A stretch of DNA of 36,491 bases from a virus (taxonomy: Duplodnaviria; Caudoviricetes), in the IMG/VR virus record IMGVR_UViG_3300048998_000331, positions 1 through 36,491 of that record; one strand, 5' to 3'. The translations under genes and the position numbers were made by a program. Shown one piece after another: positions 34,417 to 36,491 of this stretch (position 1 is the stretch's first letter; every line of letters begins with the position of its first letter). The notes under the pieces are model-generated. The model searched no databases, was not told where the DNA came from, and saw only the letters and a list, made by a program, of their open reading frames with translations.

Positions 34417-34922
34417 CTTCCGAATTGAAGCGGCTGGATTTCTTCACTCGAACTGCTCTCGGGCTGTCCGGCCGGATCGTGTTCTGGATTATTATTGTAC
34501 TCGGTTTCGCGTGCTGTGCAGAAGGAGCCTACCTTCTCATAGCCAGCCCGGGTATCCCCCGTCGCGACCTTGCTATGGCTTGGCCCTTGCTCGGCCTCTA
34601 CGCGATGGCTACGGTGATCCTTAATCGAATGATGTGGAAGGCGAAGGCTGATTTACAAGTAGAGGCTAACAGGAGAGAGGTCGCCGAATCTGTCATAGCT
34701 GAATTGCAGTCGCGGATCTCCGAATTGGTAGGCGGGGACTCCTCCGGATCCGAGCAGGGTGAATCCGGCTGTGATGAATGCCGATACCATTACGACCAAG
34801 GGGTTCTTGATGCCCTCGAAGCAGTAGAGCGGACAAGGGAAAATCTCGATCAGCTTGTTCACTCGCCACGCCAGCCGACTCTTAGGCTGGTCCGAACAGG
34901 CAGCGACAAGGCGCACGAGTAG
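34413..34922 (+). CDS. Lower-GC two-TM membrane protein in the lysogeny operon
   Basis: ATGA-coupled to repressor; two TM helices, coiled coil, CDEC; AT-richer codons including in-frame TTA at 34653. Confidence 0.7.
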   Translation: MTSELKRLDFFTRTALGLSGRIVFWIIIVLGFACCAEGAYLLIASPGIPRRDLAMAWPLLGLYAMATVILNRMMWKAKADLQVEANRREVAESVIAELQSRISELVGGDSSGSEQGESGCDECRYHYDQGVLDALEAVERTRENLDQLVHSPRQPTLRLVRTGSDKAHE

Positions 34923-34931
34923 GGGGACCGG

Positions 34932-36491
34932 ATGCCAGGATCCCGCCGCGCTGGCGGCGTCACGAAGCGCTGTGAGTGCCGCGGCCCTGATGGGAAGCGG
35001 CTGGGGGAGGACTGCCCCGACATCCGGAAGCGGTCGCACGGGAAGTACGAGATCCAGCAGGGGATGACGCCGGCCGAGGACGGGAAGCGGCAGCGGTTCC
35101 GCCGCAACGGCTACGCCACCGTGAAGGACGCGAACACCGACCTGTCCCGGGTGCAGGCCATCCTCGACCTCGCCGACGAAGACGACCAGGACGCGCAGCA
35201 GCGGGTCAGCACGCTCCTCATGGACGTGATGCGGGAGCGGCGCACGATCCCCGAGCCGGTCGAGGTGTCCCGCAAGCTCGGCGTCGGCATCCCGCTCAAC
35301 GGCAAGATGACGGTCGCCGAATGGCTCGACGTGTGGATCGCGGCGAAGAAGACCCGCAGCACCACGAACGCCAGCTACCGCAGCCACATCAAGGTCCACC
35401 TGAAGCCGCACATCGGGCACATCCGGCTGGACAAGCTCGGCGTCGGCCACCTCGTCACGATGTTCGACGCCATCGCCGATGCGAGCGAAGTCGTCGCCGC
35501 GGAGAACAAGGCGCGGCACGAGCAGATAGCCCGCTGCAAGTGGACCAAGCCCGGCCGGCCGCCGGCTGCTGCTCGCGGGCAGCTCGCCGAGGAACGGGCC
35601 CGCCTCGCCGGGATGAAGCCGTTCCGCAAGACGAACAAGGCAGCCACATGGCAGTCGGTCCGCCGCACCCTGCGCGCCGCGCTGAACGCCGCAGCGGGCC
35701 GCCAGCTCATCACCTTCAACGCGGCCTCGTTCGTCGAGTTGGAGTCGGGCGCCCGCCCGACCGGCCTGCTGTGGACGGATGAGCGGGTGGCCCGTTGGCG
35801 GGAGACGGGGGAGAAGCCGAGTGCGGTCATGGTGTGGACGCCGGCGCAGCTCGGCCAGTTCCTGGACGCGGCCGAGGGCGATCGCCTCTACGCCCTGTTC
35901 CACGTGATCGCCCACCACGGCCTGCGCCGCGGCGAGGGTGTCGGGCAGGACTGGGACAACGTCAACTACGAGCTGAAGCAGATCGCGGTGGCGAAGGAGA
36001 TCGTGGTCGACGGCTGGACACCGATCGAGACCGACCCGAAGACGACCGGCTCGCAGGACACGGTCAGCATCGACACCGGCACGATCGAGGTGCTGAAGGC
36101 CCACCGCGTGCGGCAACTCGCTGAGCGCGATGCGCGGCTCAAGGCGGACCCGCCAAAGCCGTGGAGCGACACGGGCAAGGTGTTCGTCCAGGAGGATGGC
36201 TCCTGGCTACACCCGGAGACGGTCAGCGAGACGTTCCGGCGCATCGTCCGTCAGGCCGGTCTGCCGCCGATCAACCTGCGCGATCTCCGGCACGGTGCGG
36301 CCTCCCTCATCAAGGCCGCCGGCGGGGACCTGCACGACGCGAAGGTGAAGCTGCGGCACTCGACCATCACTTTGACCTCGGACACCTACACGACCTTGTT
36401 CCGGGAGGCCGAGGACGCGCTGACGGAGAAGGTGGCGGCGGTCGTTCCCCGGGCACGGAAGGCGGAGGCGCCCACCGACAGTCCTTCTTGA
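34932..36491 (+). CDS. int: Tyrosine integrase
   Basis: Core-binding domain (TVAEWLDVW...YRSHIKVHLKPHIG), HGLRRGE, LRDLRHG, KLRHS, SDTY catalytic residues. Confidence 0.95.
   Translation: MPGSRRAGGVTKRCECRGPDGKRLGEDCPDIRKRSHGKYEIQQGMTPAEDGKRQRFRRNGYATVKDANTDLSRVQAILDLADEDDQDAQQRVSTLLMDVMRERRTIPEPVEVSRKLGVGIPLNGKMTVAEWLDVWIAAKKTRSTTNASYRSHIKVHLKPHIGHIRLDKLGVGHLVTMFDAIADASEVVAAENKARHEQIARCKWTKPGRPPAAARGQLAEERARLAGMKPFRKTNKAATWQSVRRTLRAALNAAAGRQLITFNAASFVELESGARPTGLLWTDERVARWRETGEKPSAVMVWTPAQLGQFLDAAEGDRLYALFHVIAHHGLRRGEGVGQDWDNVNYELKQIAVAKEIVVDGWTPIETDPKTTGSQDTVSIDTGTIEVLKAHRVRQLAERDARLKADPPKPWSDTGKVFVQEDGSWLHPETVSETFRRIVRQAGLPPINLRDLRHGAASLIKAAGGDLHDAKVKLRHSTITLTSDTYTTLFREAEDALTEKVAAVVPRARKAEAPTDSPS

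Larger units (their letters stand above)
1..36491. mobile_element. Temperate siphophage/prophage of a Streptomyces-like host carrying a TraB/Spd-like transfer module
   Basis: Ordered modules for integrase/repressor, replication, packaging, HK97 head, long non-contractile tail and lysis; many ATGA/GTGA gene overlaps; att sites lie outside the window. Confidence 0.95.

Noticed and set aside
34653-36116. 487-aa minus-strand ORF
   Set aside because: Antisense to the integrase; no motifs.
1-36491. attL/attR, tRNA/rRNA genes, relaxase/oriT/T4SS, DGR or retron reverse transcriptase
   Set aside because: Window is trimmed to gene ends with no terminal direct repeat seen; no cloverleaf, relaxase, T4SS or RT motifs were recognised by eye.

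Overview
The whole 36.5 kb window is a GC-rich (roughly 70%), apparently intact temperate siphophage or prophage of a Streptomyces-like actinomycete. It runs from the stop codon of the last lysis gene to the stop codon of a tyrosine integrase, so no att sites are visible. Minus strand, read right to left: Cro-like HTH, excisionase-like protein, small early genes, a RepB-type primase fused to an AAA+ helicase, SSB, a GNAT-like protein and a Zn-finger protein. Next is a ~7 kb accessory block (19430-26325), then HTH, HNH, ATPase, candidate cos, TerS, TerL, portal, HK97 protease and capsid, head-tail genes, tail tube, chaperones with a -1 frameshift, tape measure, tail tip, and a lysis cassette containing a DEDDh exoribonuclease. 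Plus strand: immunity repressor, a lower-GC membrane protein and the integrase. The standout is the accessory block, which looks like a self-contained Streptomyces conjugation/spread module. It has a TraB-like FtsK/SpoIIIE DNA translocase, Spd-like membrane proteins (one ending in an FtsK-gamma-like winged helix) and a divergent 58-aa ribbon-helix-helix regulator missed by the ORF track, with three GGTGTCATGAC operators. It also has two candidate cis-acting repeat clusters: GGGGAGGC-like copies next to the traB stop, and ~26 mostly co-oriented GTAC-core repeats written into the spd-like gene. This suggests a phage/conjugative-element hybrid that might spread without virions (inference). All family calls come from motif recognition by eye, not database searches.
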